Source: Monocercomonoides exilis PA203
Taxonomy: Eukaryota > Protista > Preaxostyla
Reading direction: 5' to 3'
NCBI GenBank assembly: GCA_001643675.2
Contig: LSRY02000014.1
Span: forward strand, 1,795,849-1,859,848
Length of the DNA stretch: 64,000 bases
The position numbers were made by a program, and so were the translations under genes. This document shows, piece by piece, positions 10,601 to 24,400 of this stretch. Within the stretch, counting starts at the first letter, position 1. Each line of letters starts with the position of its first letter. A model generated the notes under the pieces. That model was given only the letters and a program-made list of their open reading frames with translations. It had not been told where the DNA came from and did no database searches.

Positions 10601-13245
10601 TTCTTCCTCCTCCTCCTCCTCTTCTTCCTCATCAAATTCTTCTTCTTCTTCTTCTTCTTCTCGTTCCATTCGTCCTCGTGGTTCTTCCACTCCAATTAAC
10701 TTTTCTTCTTCTTCTCTTTCTTCTTCCTCTTCTTCTTCTTCCTCTTCTTCCTCTTCCTCTTCTTTCTCTCCTTCTCCTTCTCCTTCTTCTCCTTCTCGAA
10801 CTAAAATTTCTTCTTCTCCTTTTTCTTCTCCTCCTCCTTCTCTTTTCTTCTCTTTTCCTCCTCAATCCAATCAAAATATAGCCTCAATTTCTTCTTCTTC
10901 CTCTTCTCCTTCTCTTTCCTCTTCTTCATCTTCTTCTCCCTCTTCTTCTCCTCTTTCTTCTCCTTCTTCTTCTCTTTCTCTTTCTTCTTCTTCTCCTTCT
11001 TTCTCTTCTCTTCACCCCGTTCCTCCTCCTCCTCGTGTCTTAATCTCAAAAAATTCATCAGAAAATTCTTCTTCTTCTCCTTCTCTTTCTTCCTCATCAT
11101 CATCATCATCTTCTTCTCTCTCTCATTCTTTCTCCTCTTCCATCCCTCTTCTTCCTCATCTTCCTTCTTCTTCTCTCATTTCTGATTCCACTTCGAATGC
11201 CATTTTATCAGCTATTTCTTCTTCTCTTTCGCCTTCTTCTTCTTCTTCCTCTTCTTCTTCTTCTCCTCTTTCTCCTCCTGTTCCTTCTCAACCTTCTCTT
11301 CCTCTCTCTCTTTCTTCTTCTCTTTCTTCTTCTCCTTCACCTTCGAATTCTCCTTCACCTTCGCCTTCTTCTGAACATTCTGATCAATTAACATCTTCTT
11401 CTCCTCCTTCTCTTTCTTCTCCTCCTCTTTCTCCTTCTTCCTCTTCTTTCTCTTCTTCTTCTTCTTCCTCCTTTTCCTCTTCTTCTTCCTCTTCCTCTTC
11501 TTCTTCTTCTTCTTCTTCTTCTTCCTCCTCCTCCTCCTCTTCCTCTTCCTCTTCCTCTTCTCTTCTTTCTCTGATTGATTTGAGGAGGCAGTCAGATCTT
11601 TCAACAAGTTCTGATTTGTCTTTGTCTTCTCTTTCTCCTCTTCCGATGCACCTTCTTTCTCACTCTGGATTTGGTGTGTTGGAGGGGAGAGAAGGAGAAG
11701 AAGGAGAAAGAGAAGGAAAAGGAAGAGAAGGAGAAAGAGAAGGAAGAGAAGAGGAGAAAGAAAATGAAGAAATGGAAGGAGAAAAGGAAAGAGAAAGAAA
11801 TAAAACGGAAGAAAATCAATTTTCAGATGGGATGTTAGAAACATCTTCTCATTCTGATTCAACAAAAGATGAATTCTTTTCACCAAAAGAGAGGAAAAGG
11901 AAGAGAGAGAAAGAGAAAGAGAAAGAAGAGAAAGAAGAGAAAGAGAAAGAAGAGAAAGAAAGAAGAGAAAGAAGAGAAAGAAGAGAAAGAAGAGAAAGAA
12001 GAGAAAGAAGAGAAAGAAGAGAAAGAAGAGAAAGAGAAAGAAGAGAAAGAAGAGAAAGAAGAGAAAGAAGAGAAAGAAATAAATCGAAATAATGATAAAA
12101 AGAAAGGCAAAGAAGAAAGAGAAGAAGAATCGGAATATGCGATTGTGGAAGAAGGAGAAGAGGAAGAAAACAATGAAGAATATGACTATTCATATTTGGA
12201 TGAGAAAGAGGAGAAAGAGCTAAGAAAAGCTAAGAAGAGGAAGGAGAAGGAGAAGGAGAAGGAGAAGGAGAAGGAGAAGGAGGAGAAGGAGAAAGAAGGA
12301 GAAAGAGAAAAAGAAGCAATTAGCAAAGATAAAAAAGAAGAATTTGATTCAATTCCAATTAATTCATCATCATCATCATCTTCTTCTTCCTCCTCTTCTT
12401 CTCATTCTGGTGATCTGCCATTATCTTCTTCTTCTTCCATTTCATCATCATCATCTTCTTCTTCTTCCCCTTCTTCTTCTTCTTCCCCCCTTTCTCCTTC
12501 TTCTCCTTCTTCTCCTTCTTCTCCTTCTTCTCCTTCTTCTCCTTCTTCTCCTTCTTCTCCTTCTTCTCCCTCACAAACACACATAATCATAGCTACCCCT
12601 GCCTCTCCAACTGATTCGTGTTCTCCTCCTTTCAATTCACCCGGCTTTTCTTCTTTTCCTCTCTCTCTCTCTTCTCCTCCGTCTTCTTTGTCTTCACTTC
12701 CTCTTCCACTTATTTATTCATCTCAATCATCATCATCTTCCTCTTCTTCCTCTTCCTCTTCCTCTTCCTCTTCTTCCTCTCCCCCTTCTTCTTCTTCTTC
12801 TTCTTCATCTTCTTCTTCTTCTCTCTCTTCCTCTTCCTCTTCCTCTTGTCCTCCTTCTCCATTGTCTGATGAAACAATCAATGAACAACAAACAAACACA
12901 AATGACTCAAATAACAATGAACAGACTGAAAATGACGATAAACCAAAAACTAAAGAAGAAATAGAGAATTCATCATCATCATCATCTTCTCCTTCTCCTT
13001 CTTCCTCTTCCTCTTCCTCTTCCACTTCAACATCAGAGACATCATCCAAAGAAGAATACATTGATTATTGCTATCCAACTGTTTATTCGCATTCTCTTCC
13101 TCTTCCTCTTTCTCTTCCTTTGTCTTTTCTCTTATCCTTCTTTTCGTATCCGGATTATTTTGTGTATTTGGTTGTAGCTGATCCACTGAAAGAAAGAGAT
13201 AAAGAGAATATTAATAATACTGTTAATTCACTTCAAGAGAAATGA
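7676..13245 (+). CDS. ATG5: Autophagy protein ATG5 homologue with very large low-complexity insertions; one frameshift in an AG repeat near 11960
   Basis: Spliced exons 7676-7777, 7862-7989, 8039-8313, 8410 onward give KLWTLKV...SYFPLV...VWLSYNGKPLEWRHPIGVLYD...WHVTVHCGSFP...SCKEALHLR...PAIRIFV...TLLDYLHFCLPELFP...HSLPLPLSLPLSFLLSFFSYPDYFVYLVV. These match the ordered ATG5 motifs WFEYEGTPLKWHYPIG, KEA (conjugation Lys), IPxRIY, TLGDLL and LSYPDNFLHI. The start could be the in-frame ATG at 7625. Confidence 0.82.
9340..13040 (+). repeat. Coding low-complexity tracts: (TCT)n/(TCTCCT)n Ser/Pro and (GAA/AGA)n Glu/Lys/Arg
   Basis: Directly visible alternating pyrimidine-only and purine-only blocks, e.g. 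(TCTCCT)n near 10536-10600 and (AGAAAGAAG)n near 11930-12075. Confidence 0.95.
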
Positions 13246-13947
13246 AAAAAGAAGGATTTCTGAATCATTAAGTAAAGTTAATGTTTTATTTCAAATAATT
13301 TTTCTTTCTTTTTCTTTTTCTTTTTTGTATTCATGTTAATTTTTTGGAGTTTTATGCAGTTTTTTTCAATATTTCAATGATATTTTTTATTAATTTCTCA
13401 CGATAAATTAGTTTGTATTCGAAACGAGGATAATTCGTAGAGTTATCTGAAAGGATTATCTTATTAGAATATTTTTAGACATATTTTTAATTTTCACATC
13501 ATTCTTTGTTGTCTTTTTTTAAGAGCAAAAAAAAATATTTTTTTTTAAATTAAAGAATAAATTTGGATTTTTTAATGAAGAAGAAAATTTTTGAACATGA
13601 ACTTAACACATTATGACGAGTAAAAAAGAGAATGAAATGAATACCAAACAATGGTGCCTCAAGTTATCACCAAAAATTTCTCTCGAAATAATCATTAAAA
13701 AAAAGAAAAGAAAATACTCTTTTAACATTTTGTTCAATTCCAGTTTTGACTGAGAGAAAAAGCCAAATCTCAAAAAAAAAAAAAAAAAAAAAACTTTCGT
13801 TTCAAGCAAAATGGACAGTTTCCTTTTCTTTGTCCGTTCATATGCTCAGAAAACAAATGCATTTCAAATAAAAATTGCTGCAATCAAATAAAAAAAGAGA
13901 TACTTCTTCCTTCAATCCTTTCAATCTTTTTGAAGAAATGCCTTTAT

Positions 13948-15409
13948 TCACTTCATCAGCACATTCACAAAATACTCCGAGAAGCTCGTTGGCAAATGCA
14001 AAAATCGCCTCAGATGAGACAATCTTCGCTCCAAACAAAACACAATGTCTTCGAATCCTTCGTCTTCCAGCTCATCAATAATCTCCCACACAATCGTCGT
14101 CTTCTTCTTTTCTTCTTCACTCTCTTCTGGAGGCATTCCGTAAATCCATCTCTTTTTCTTATTCTTTTTATCTCGCTTCATCGCCGTCTGCACTTCGTAG
14201 CATATTCTCATGCTCCTCTCCAATCCCATGTTTTCCAGCGTCCCTCTGCACAGCTCATACACGAAATACTCAACTGCCCCGCCTTCCACCAGATCCTCTC
14301 CAACATCTTTCTTCATCCCAACCATCGTCTCAAAGAGATCGATGTACTGGTTAAACAGCGCTCGCTCCCTCTTCTTTGCAACTCTGCACAATCGGAATAT
14401 GCTCCTTATCAGCGCTCCACACTTCATCTCCCTCTTCTCGCTGCATGCAAAGAACATCGCCAGCGTCCGGCACCACCGCTTAATGACCCACAGCTCTTTC
14501 CTTCCTTTCGATGCTCTTTCTTCTCCCTTTCCTTCCACACCCCAATTAACACATTCAATCAGTTCTTCGAGTTCTCTTGCTGCTTCCCCCACAAAATCCA
14601 CATCCCCCGCTATCACCTCTTCCAGCCCAAGTCCCATGCCCAATCTGTTCACCACAAATTCCCATACACTCTCATACGCGAGATGAGTCAGCTTTTTCTC
14701 CTTCTGTTGCTGCTTCAGTAGCTCTTTCATTTCATTCTCGTACACCTCCTTTTTCACATACTGAATTTGAGCCACAACATTTAGGAAATGATAATTGAAA
14801 AAAAAAATAATGTTTTTGAAAATTACATTTAAGAGAAAAGAAAAATAGACAATTAAAACTAATTCAAAAGAAAATAAGTTTTTTTTTCCAAACATTGAAT
14901 TTTCCAACACCGCTGACTGTTACAAGGCACATCTCAACATCTTTTTCTTTTCCTTCCTTTGCAGCTTTCGCAATTGCATCTTTTAAAATGCGTCCAACGC
15001 AAACAGATGTCAGGTCTCCCGGTGCATTTGCACTTACACCATAATATCCCAAATAGCATTCGAACAGATCAATCAAAAGTTTTTCATTCTGTTCTCCAAC
15101 TTTCTTCTCTCTCTCCTCCATCATCATTTTTTCAACTCTTTTCTGCAACCATTTCGATACGCCGCAATCATTCCATGCTCCTCTAACTAGCTTCCAAAAC
15201 CCAACATGCTGAAGCAGTCTCACTCCATTTTCAAAACTTGTTTTCTCTTCTTCGATCAGTTTTTCGACTTCATTTTGAAATTCCACAGAAGCCACTGATT
15301 CAAATTCAGATTCGTCCATTTCTTCAATTAGATGGTCTATTTCATCCATTCTGGATCTCTGTTCGTTTGAAGAAGACTTATCCTGTTGGGAAAATAAAAC
15401 TGAAAACAA
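13948..15409 (-). CDS. Lineage-specific multicopy helical protein family, copy A
   Basis: Two main exons (intron about 14761-14893). Family motifs EKLLIDLFECY, EMCLVTVS, LTHLAYESVW, GEAARELEEL, GGAVE, LEDEGFEDI. Confidence 0.7.
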
Positions 15410-15943
15410 ATAAAAATAAGCAATTGAAACTTGTGTTAATCGATTTTCATATCAAACCTAAAAATTTCTCCAACAAAGACTCCTTATTTTGACAATTGCA
15501 TTGCAAATCAATAACAATAGCATATTTCGAGTTTCCAAAATACATAAAATATTGTCAATGTTGAAAAGATAAATACCGAATGTCACATTCTTTGTAAATG
15601 ACAAACATTGATTTTTTGAATCTGCATTTCAGTATGGCTGCAGTTAAAAGTTGAAGAATCTTATTTTTTTCAAATTATATTGTTATGGCATTTTGATTAT
15701 TGATTTTTGCAATAGGAAAAAAACTTTCACATTCAAAAGTTTTTAAATGAATGAGAAGAGAATTGATTTTCAGATTGCTCTCACAAATACAAAAATTAAT
15801 AAAATCACTTTTTTTTTTAATAAAAAATAAACAATTTTTCTTATTATTTTGTTTTCAAAGTTGTTGACATTCGAAATGAAATGAAAAATTGACAAATTTC
15901 TATTCACACATTTCCCTCCTAAAAAGTAACGAATTTTATTTCG

Positions 15944-17262
15944 TCAAGCACCGATAAAATAATCATAAAAATATGGTGATAATAAGTGGCATTTCCAGTT
16001 TAGAAAACCAATTGTTTCAAAAAAGCTCGTAATAATATCTTCGTATCCTTCTTCTTCCAGGTATTCAAACGTTTTCCTCTTTGCCTCCTTTCTTTCCGCT
16101 TCTTCAATTTCATCATTCTCCTTATCCATTACTCTTTTCGAAATTTCCCGATAGAATTTCAGGCAATCGCACGCAACATAGTCATTCTCAGTTGTCCGCC
16201 GTATTTCCTCTGAAATCAGATCAAAAACACCTCCTTTGAAAAACGCGTCTAAACCAACATTTTTGTGTCCAACAAGGTTCCAAAAGATCGAAATGCAGTT
16301 TTCATACATTTCTATTCCACTCTCTCTTGATGCTCTGTATATACCCACAATACAACAAATCAGCCCAATGAATTCTTCCTTCCACGATTGCAAACCGTAA
16401 AACAGCAATTCAGCCATTTTGACCCATCTTCTTACCATCATCTCTTCATTCTTTCCTTTCATTTTGCTTTCTGTTTCCTTCCAATCCACACATTTAGATA
16501 GACCGTCCAATTCTCTTGTCACTTCTCTGGCGAAATGCAGTTCATTCACAATAATATCTTCCAAACTGATATCTGTAGCATATCTGTTCAATAAAAATTG
16601 CCAAGCAGATTGATATGCAAGTCGCGTCAGGTTGTGATGTTCCTGATGATACAGGATAATCTCCTTGATTTCATTCAAATATTGTTCTTTCCATACTATC
16701 TGTGTATATTTCAAAAAAAAAAATATTAATAAACTTCAATATTGGAGAAAAATAACAAATACCGTCAAATTTCCAATGTTGCTCAAAGCCAGCAGCGCCA
16801 TTTCCACTTCTTTTAGTGTTTCTTCATTTTCCTTTTTGTTCAACGCAACTTTCATAAGGCAAGTCACACAAATCATTAGAAATTTAAAGGGAAAAATTTC
16901 TGTCAAAAGTAGATAACTTTCACAAAGATCTACAAGAAGCTTTTCATCTCTTTCTTCTTTCTTCTTATCATTTTCATAAATTATCATCTCAAATTTTTTA
17001 CTAAGCGAAGAACATTTAAAACTTTGATTGTAAATATTTCTCTGCGCTTTGTAACTTCCAATATGTTTCAACAGCAAAACAGCATTTTCATCTGTCAATT
17101 TCTTTTCTTCGATCATTTTATTTAGATCGTCAAACAATGCTTTGGTGAAAACAAAATCAAAATCTTCCATTTTCATTTCTTCAATCATTTCGCTCATTTC
17201 TTTAATTTTCTGTTTTTGATCAACTTCGTTGCAACGTTCCAGTTCACTAAACAAGCCTTTAG
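15944..17262 (-). CDS. Same family, copy B (a short additional 5' exon is likely)
   Basis: ORFs 16736-17254 and 15944-16714 joined by an intron at the conserved position. Motifs EKLLVDLCESY, EVEMALLALSNIG, HHNLTRLAYQSAW, LEEEGYEDII. Confidence 0.78.
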
Positions 17263-18129
17263 AATTTATTAAAATGGTATTAAATCTTCAATTATTCAGA
17301 AAAAACAGTAAACTTGAATATTTATCATTAAAAGTAATTTCTCCAATTCTGCAAACAGGATTATCATCATTTGATGCACTCATCGGTTTTATAATTGACG
17401 TTTTTCTATTTGTTCAAAATTTTTAATATCTTTTGATATAAAGATAAATACAAACATTGCTGATAATCTTTCAAAAAGAATAAGAAACAGAGCCAAATTT
17501 AATATTCTATTTTTGCTTTAAAATATAAATGAAAAAAGAAAGAGCGACAAAGTCAATGTTTGGCTAGAAAAGTACAAAGCAGTAAATCTTATGATCTGTC
17601 TGATCAAACCAACAGTTATTGAGAATCACAATGAAAATTCAATTGAGGAGAAACGAATAATTATTTTGGCTTGTTTCAATAGTTTTTGAAATTCTATTCA
17701 ATATCAGCACGATAATGATTTATTTCAAATGCGAGAACATTTCAGATAATTTTCTAAAAAGAGTTATTTCTGAAAGATTCTTAAAAACCAAAATTTGCTT
17801 CATCGAAAACTTACCAGTTTCAATTAAATTTCCATAACTATAAGTGAAACAAAATGCAAAAACGGTGGAATGAGTTTCTATCTGAACGTCTCATCTATCC
17901 TTTTAATATATTTTGTCAATATTTCTTGCACATGAAATAACGGCTTTACCAAATATTTAAAAAAATTTACTTAGCAGAAATCTGAAAAACAGTTCAATCT
18001 TCAACACATTTTTCTCCTTCCTATTCTCCATATTTTTTGATTTATCTTCATTCATTCATTCATTCATATATTAATTAATTTTTTTTATTTTCATTGTTGA
18101 AACCCCATTTTTCATTCTCTTTTCTTCAG

Positions 18130-20177
18130 CCAACCATCAGATAATTGCTCAGTCTGGAATTATCTTCTATTTCCCTGAACTTCTCAGGTGTGCTTGTTTT
18201 GCTTCATTCTTATCAGTTTCACAGATCAAAATTCATTTTGAATTTGTATTTTTTTTTGAAAAAAAATCGTTTAATCAATTGAACCAAAATTATTCACATG
18301 TTTCGGTTATGCTTTGATTTCTTTGTTGTTGCTGTTGAATATAATTCTGCAGACACAAACTGTTATCTGTCCGATTGATGACGCTGCTCACGATCTTCAC
18401 GATCTATGTCTCTTCTCTTTCACTTCGGAACAAACAGAAGAAAAGAGAGAAATCGCGAATTCTGCAGGCAGCCGAGACAGTTGCACAATCATCAACCACT
18501 TCATCAACCACTTCGTCATCATCTTCATCATCATCTTCTTCTTCTTCTTCATTGTCGTCATCTTCTTCTGCAAATGCATCAAAAAGAGCAGAAGCTGAAA
18601 GGGAAGGAAAAGAATTGAAGGAATGGAAGAAGGAAGCGAAAAAGAAAGAAGCGATTACAGCAGGAGCAGAAGGAGAAGAAGGAGGAGAAAGAGACGAAGG
18701 CGACGAAGAGCTGGACGACAAGACGAACGAGCAGCTGGCAGCGCTGATTGCTTCGTCGCTTTCGCTTCTGAACTCGCTCGATTCAGTGATCGACAACATC
18801 CTTCCCTCCCTGATTTCTCTCAGATGCACACTCCCATCCTTCTGCACCTCTGCTCAACAATTAGCTGCTCATGAGACTTCATCATCACCATCATCACCAT
18901 CATCACCATCATCACCATCACCATCACCATTTTCTTCTTCTTCTCTGCTGTTTTCACGAGATGCAGCAATCCAATCGTCATTCTTTCCAGAAGATTTCAT
19001 TCGCTGGATTGGGTGGGCTGATGAGAAAGTGGAGCAGAAAATGAATCGACTGCTTGGCTCAAAAGAAGCACCCTTTTCTCCCATTTCATGTTCTTCTTCT
19101 TCTTCTTCTTCTTCTCCTTCTGTTGCGCCAAAGCGAGTTCCTCGATTGAAGTTGGGATTCAGCTGTGGCACGCGCTTCCGCTCGCTGCCGTGTCCGTCGT
19201 GCGTGATTGTGAAGGTGTGTGTGCATGTGGTGACGCTGCGGGGGACATTTTTTCCGTGGAAGCTGGAGGAGTTTGGAAGGATGAAGAGCACAGAGCGGCT
19301 GTTTGATTTGATGGATGGGGCAGTTGGGATGAGCAGGGGTGCAGAAAGGAAAGTGGAGGAAGTGGCAGAGGGGTGCAGAAGATGGGATGGGAGAGAAGAA
19401 GCGAGGGGGAAAGAGCAGGGCAAGGGCAGCTCAGACTGCTGTGAGGAAGACATTGAGACAGGGAGACAGGGGGACTGTGCTTGGTTGGTGAAAGAGAGGT
19501 GGCGATGTGGGTGTGGCATGATCGGAGCATTTGAGCGGAGGGTGGCAGTAGGATGTGTGATGCGACTGTCGAATCTGGGGGCTTTGTCGTTTTTGAAGAA
19601 TGGGAACTGGCGGGTTTGGCTGAGTGGGATCCCGCTGTTGCTTGGGAGGAAGGAAGAGGTGTTTGTGATGAAAGGGCTGAAAACGTTGAGAGCGCTTTTG
19701 GTGTGGGCAGATCGGAAGGAGAGAGAGAAAATGAAAGCGGAGTTGGAGGGGGATGTTGAAGGGAACAGAAGAAACATTGGAGGTGGAGGTGGAGGTGGAG
19801 AAGAAGAAAAAGGGGAGGTGTCGAAAAAGGATATCATGAGGATGCAGGAGTCGTCGTCGATGCTGAAGGTGAAGATGAACGAGATGAAGTATGTGTCGTT
19901 GTTTGACAATGCAAAGAGCCTGACAGTTCCGCAGACGTTCAGAGAAATGATGGAAGCAGAGAAAGAAGCCTCGAGGAATGAAGAGAAGCGGAAGGAGAAG
20001 GCGAAGGAGAGGGAGGAGCGGTCATATATTTCGCAGGAGGAAGTTGTTGTTTTGCTGTCGCAGATGGAAAGAGAGGGAGCGTTTGATGCAGTTTGTGTGC
20101 TGGCTCAGCACTCAAACGGGGCAATCAAGCAGCTGGCAGAAGAATTGCTTTCGACGTATTTGCGCCTTCGGCAGTGA
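18130..20177 (+). CDS. Divergent ARM-repeat, importin-alpha-like protein; 5' end not resolved
   Basis: Exon 18130-18187 (NHQIIAQSGIIFYFPELLR) splices to 18353 in frame with the 600-aa ORF. The C-terminus MEREGAFDAVCVLAQHSNGAIKQLAEELLSTYL resembles the atypical last ARM repeat of importin alpha (IEECGGLDKIE.LQ.HEN..VY..A..LIEKYF). Confidence 0.55.
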
Positions 20178-21420
20178 GTGTTCCGCAGCACAACAGATTA
20201 ATACATATTATTTGTCTGAATAATATTTTTTTTTTCTGATTTAAACAGCTTTTTTGAATGAATTTTGTTGAGAGAATAAAACAGAGCACAATTTCTTGTT
20301 TCAAAAAAACAAATAAAATAAAAAGAATGATCAACAATCTGCTTCTCATCATTCAAATGTTTGTTTGATGTTTTTCTTGAAACAACGAATGAAAATACTT
20401 TTCATTCTTCTTCAAAAACTTCAGAATTGCAAAGAAATGGCTCTCTCTCTTTTTTTTTACAATTTATCATCTGGGAATAAAGGAATGTATTTCTGAAAAC
20501 AAAAAATGAAAAAATAAATGAAAAAATAAAAGAAAGATTTCTGGAATGACTTTCTTTTCACATGTTATTGAAGAACAAACAAAATGTCAGATATTATTTG
20601 ACTTTGCACAACTTCGAACCTGAGGGAGAAAACATTGCCATGTCAATGACAATTCAGTTCTTCCCTTCAAAATAATTGTGATGTGTTTTGAAGTGAAGCA
20701 CAATTCACTTTTGTGATGCTCTTGCCATTCGTATTTTTTGGCTTTTGAAATCCAGTTCGAATTGTTGCTTGCTGATGATTTTCAAACACAGTGAAGTCAA
20801 ACAACGAAACACGACTTCTTGTTGCTCATAAACAGTGAGTTTTATTGAAATGCAAATGTTGATGATGTTGATGTTGTTGATGATGAATATTCATTGTTGT
20901 TGCTTGCCACTGAGATTCTTCCAGTGGACATTTCAAACTAAAAAAGCAAACACATGTTTTGACAAAACCACGATGATGCGATAAACTTTGTTGAAGTGAA
21001 CATTGACTATATATCCATATATAAATAAACAAAAAAACTTTCAGAAACAAATTGACATTTTTCTCAAGTCACAAATAAAAAGAACAAAAAGAACAAGACA
21101 TACAAAACCATCAGTTGCTCACATCTCCTCAAACAATTGTTGCTCCTCATTTCGTTTTCAAATAACGGCAACAATCATCCCTTGAGCTGTGAGCAGCTGA
21201 TTGTGATCATCAAATCACTTCCATCCCAAATAAAACAAACTCCTCTTTTCAACAAATTATCAATATCCACTTATTCTTTGAAAAAGAAAAAACCACAACC
21301 AAATTACAAAACACATCTCACAAGCACTCCCACTGATTCTTCGATGCAAAGATATATCACATTCTCCTTTGATCTCTCTCTCTCTTTTTTTGTTTCACAT
21401 TCTCCTTTTCCATCTCACTT

Positions 21421-24400
21421 TCACCGCTCTTTCATCTCCTGCTTTTCTGTCTTCTTTGTTGTCTCTGATGTGTTCTCAAAAACTGTCGAATAGCCTTCTT
21501 CCCCACTCGCAAAACTGCCTTCCCCCTCTCTCGTGCTCTCCCCACCCCTTTCACAGATCGCATCCGACATCGTCACAATCACAGCCCCTGCCGGGAAATG
21601 CCCATAAAACTCCCGCTTCATCTCGCTCAGTGTCGGACGATCGTTCCAGTCCTTTCCCATCGATGACCAAACAACCTCATACAGTTCACTCCCTCGGATC
21701 TTCTCAACATTCGGCCTCTCTCCTTTCGATATCTTGTCTCCTGCCACCTCTGCCTCATACTCCCCAAACGGGATATCCAGTGTCAGACACTCCCACACCA
21801 TCATCCCAATCGAGAATGCCACTGACTCCTTTGTCGCTCCCATCTTCTTGTTCATCTGCAGCTCCGGTGCCTTCCACCTCAGACACTCCTTCCTGTTGTC
21901 TTCACAATCCTCAAACGCTGACGAAGGTGGTGGTGAGTCGGTGAATCTCTCGCTCATCACTGAAACATTCGATGAGGATGAAGAAACAATGGACATCGAA
22001 CAGATGGATGATGAATCGGAATCATCTGAAGATGAGCAGTCTGAGTGGAGGGCAATGCAGATCACCATGTGCTCTGAGAACAGCACAATGTGAGGACTGA
22101 GGTTGGCCAGCGAAGGCAATTCTTTTTCTTCATCAAATGAATGAAGTGCTCCATTCGCCACCCAGAACAGAATCTGTGCAGCTGTCATCTCCCTCTCCTT
22201 CAAACTCCCAATCGCCATCTCCTTCTTCTCATTCCTCCCATGAAGCAGCATGAACAACGAATCCCTCAGATCCACAATCAGCTTCTCATGAGGCGATGAG
22301 CAGGCCATTGCATCCACGAGATTCGACATCGATGAGGTGGTGGGGCACAAATCCTCCCCGCGAACAAAAGTGGAATCTGAATCAGTTGTTGAAGTAGATG
22401 AAGTGGATGAGATGGAGGGTGATGGAGTTCTCTTCCTTGTTTCCTCTTCTTTTTCATCAACTTTCTCCAATGCCCATTCTGGGATCTTATCTGAGTCTCT
22501 CCCCAGAATGTATTCAGTTGATCCACTCTCAGATAGAAGATGTTCTGATGACTCCGAATGTTCCATATTCCTCTCATACACCCTCTTCTTCATCCTCTCA
22601 TCGTTCTTCTTCTCTGTCTCTCTCTCTGCTCTCCTCCACTGCTCCTCAGGCGACATCTCCATCGTCACCATCTCAAATGCCTTCGGATCCTTTCTGATGT
22701 TGTCATTCACAATCTCTCTCAGATCTTCTGCTTCATTCTTCACCTTCTTCCACCGAATGGCCAGAATGATGGAAACAACAAGAACGATTATCAATATGAT
22801 TCCCATGATTATCACGATCAACAACCAATAAGATTTTCCTTCTTTTCCTCCTTCAACAATTCTATCATCCCCCTTTCCTTGAGTTTCACTTCTGTTCTTC
22901 AGAACAAATGAATCAGTCGATGAAGGAGATTCTTTCTTTCCAAACAGAACACTCACACTCACTTCTGTCTCTTCTCCTGCATTGTTTATTGTTTCAATGG
23001 GGACTTTTCCATCCACTTCATTTTCTGATACACATCCTTCTTCATTGAATTCATATCTTTCCACAACATCTTCATCAACAACTTGTTTCACAATCTTGAA
23101 CGATATGTTGCATGGAAGCAACAGCTTTCCTTTGAATTTCAGAAGAAGTTCTGCTCCCATCTCTTCCATTTCGACTATTTCCAACTCTGGAATGAAGAAG
23201 GATGACAATCTCTCAGAAACAATCCCGCTTATCTCACATCCTTCATTCAGCATCCACAGAGATGTGTTATCCTTCAATCCATCTCCTCCTTTCAGACTCA
23301 TCACACTCAATGTTCCAGAATCTGAACAGAGAATGTTCCTCCTGGCTGATGGATATTTTTCAATAGATGGATTATTGTTCTCAAATAATCCCATCTCAAT
23401 CTCCACACTTCCTCCCCAAATAGAAAGACCTCCATCAGAGCAGTTCACAAAACTCGTATCCTTTATCTCCCCTGAGCTCTCCTTCACCTCAACAACTGAT
23501 CCATTCCATTTGCACACATCCACTTCCTCATTCAAATCCTTTTTTCTTTCTTCCTTTCCATCAAGCAAGCACAGCCTCATCTGAATATTCTTGCACATCA
23601 AAAGAGATATCATTTTCCCTTTCTTTCTTCTCGATGAACACCCACCAAACGAACAGTTCGAAAACACCACATTTCCTTCCATCTCCTCAACATCAATTAC
23701 ACCTGCACTCTCATCCACACAAGTGATGTTCTCAAATGAAGACGATAAAATGGAAAATGAAAATTCACTATTCTCTCTGTTCTTCATTTCTGCTTCATCG
23801 CCATTCGCCCTTCCCATCCATCCTTTTTCCATTCTCGAATTCCCAGCTTCACTGATCTTTAAACAGTCTTTGCTTCCCTCAATATTTCTGAGTGTCAATC
23901 CATTCACTTCAGTAACTTCTTCCATAATCATGGCTGCTTCTCTCAAAAATGAAAGCCACGAAACACTCACATTCCCCATTGAGCATTTCCCTCTTTCCAC
24001 AAATATCAGACAAAATGGCACTTCCACCATTTCCCTCTCAGCCGAGCTCACTCCTTCAAATGAACACATGCTGATCGATGTCTTTCCCGAACTTATCTTC
24101 ATGAACAATGAATGTGTTGTTGGAAGTGGAGTTGGCTTTGATTCCACTTCTTCAAAGGCAAATTGTATCCATCGCACATACACCTGCCCATTTGTCTCCA
24201 CAATCATTTCTTTGCTGCAATTCATCCTCCCTTTCACAACCACTCGACTCTGCACTTCATGCATCCCGCTCAGCGTGAGTGTGTCCAGTCCAATTTCCTC
24301 ATCAATCACTGACTCTTCATCAACAACCATTTGACTCAGAAAATCGTGTGTCAGATGCCTCAGCCCAAACCCAATCGTTGCGCAAGGAAGTGAAGGCTTC

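Noticed and set aside
8574-13186. Many overlapping poly-R/E/K/L/F ORFs on both strands
   Set aside because: Shadow frames of purine/pyrimidine microsatellite-like coding sequence, which lacks stops by composition.
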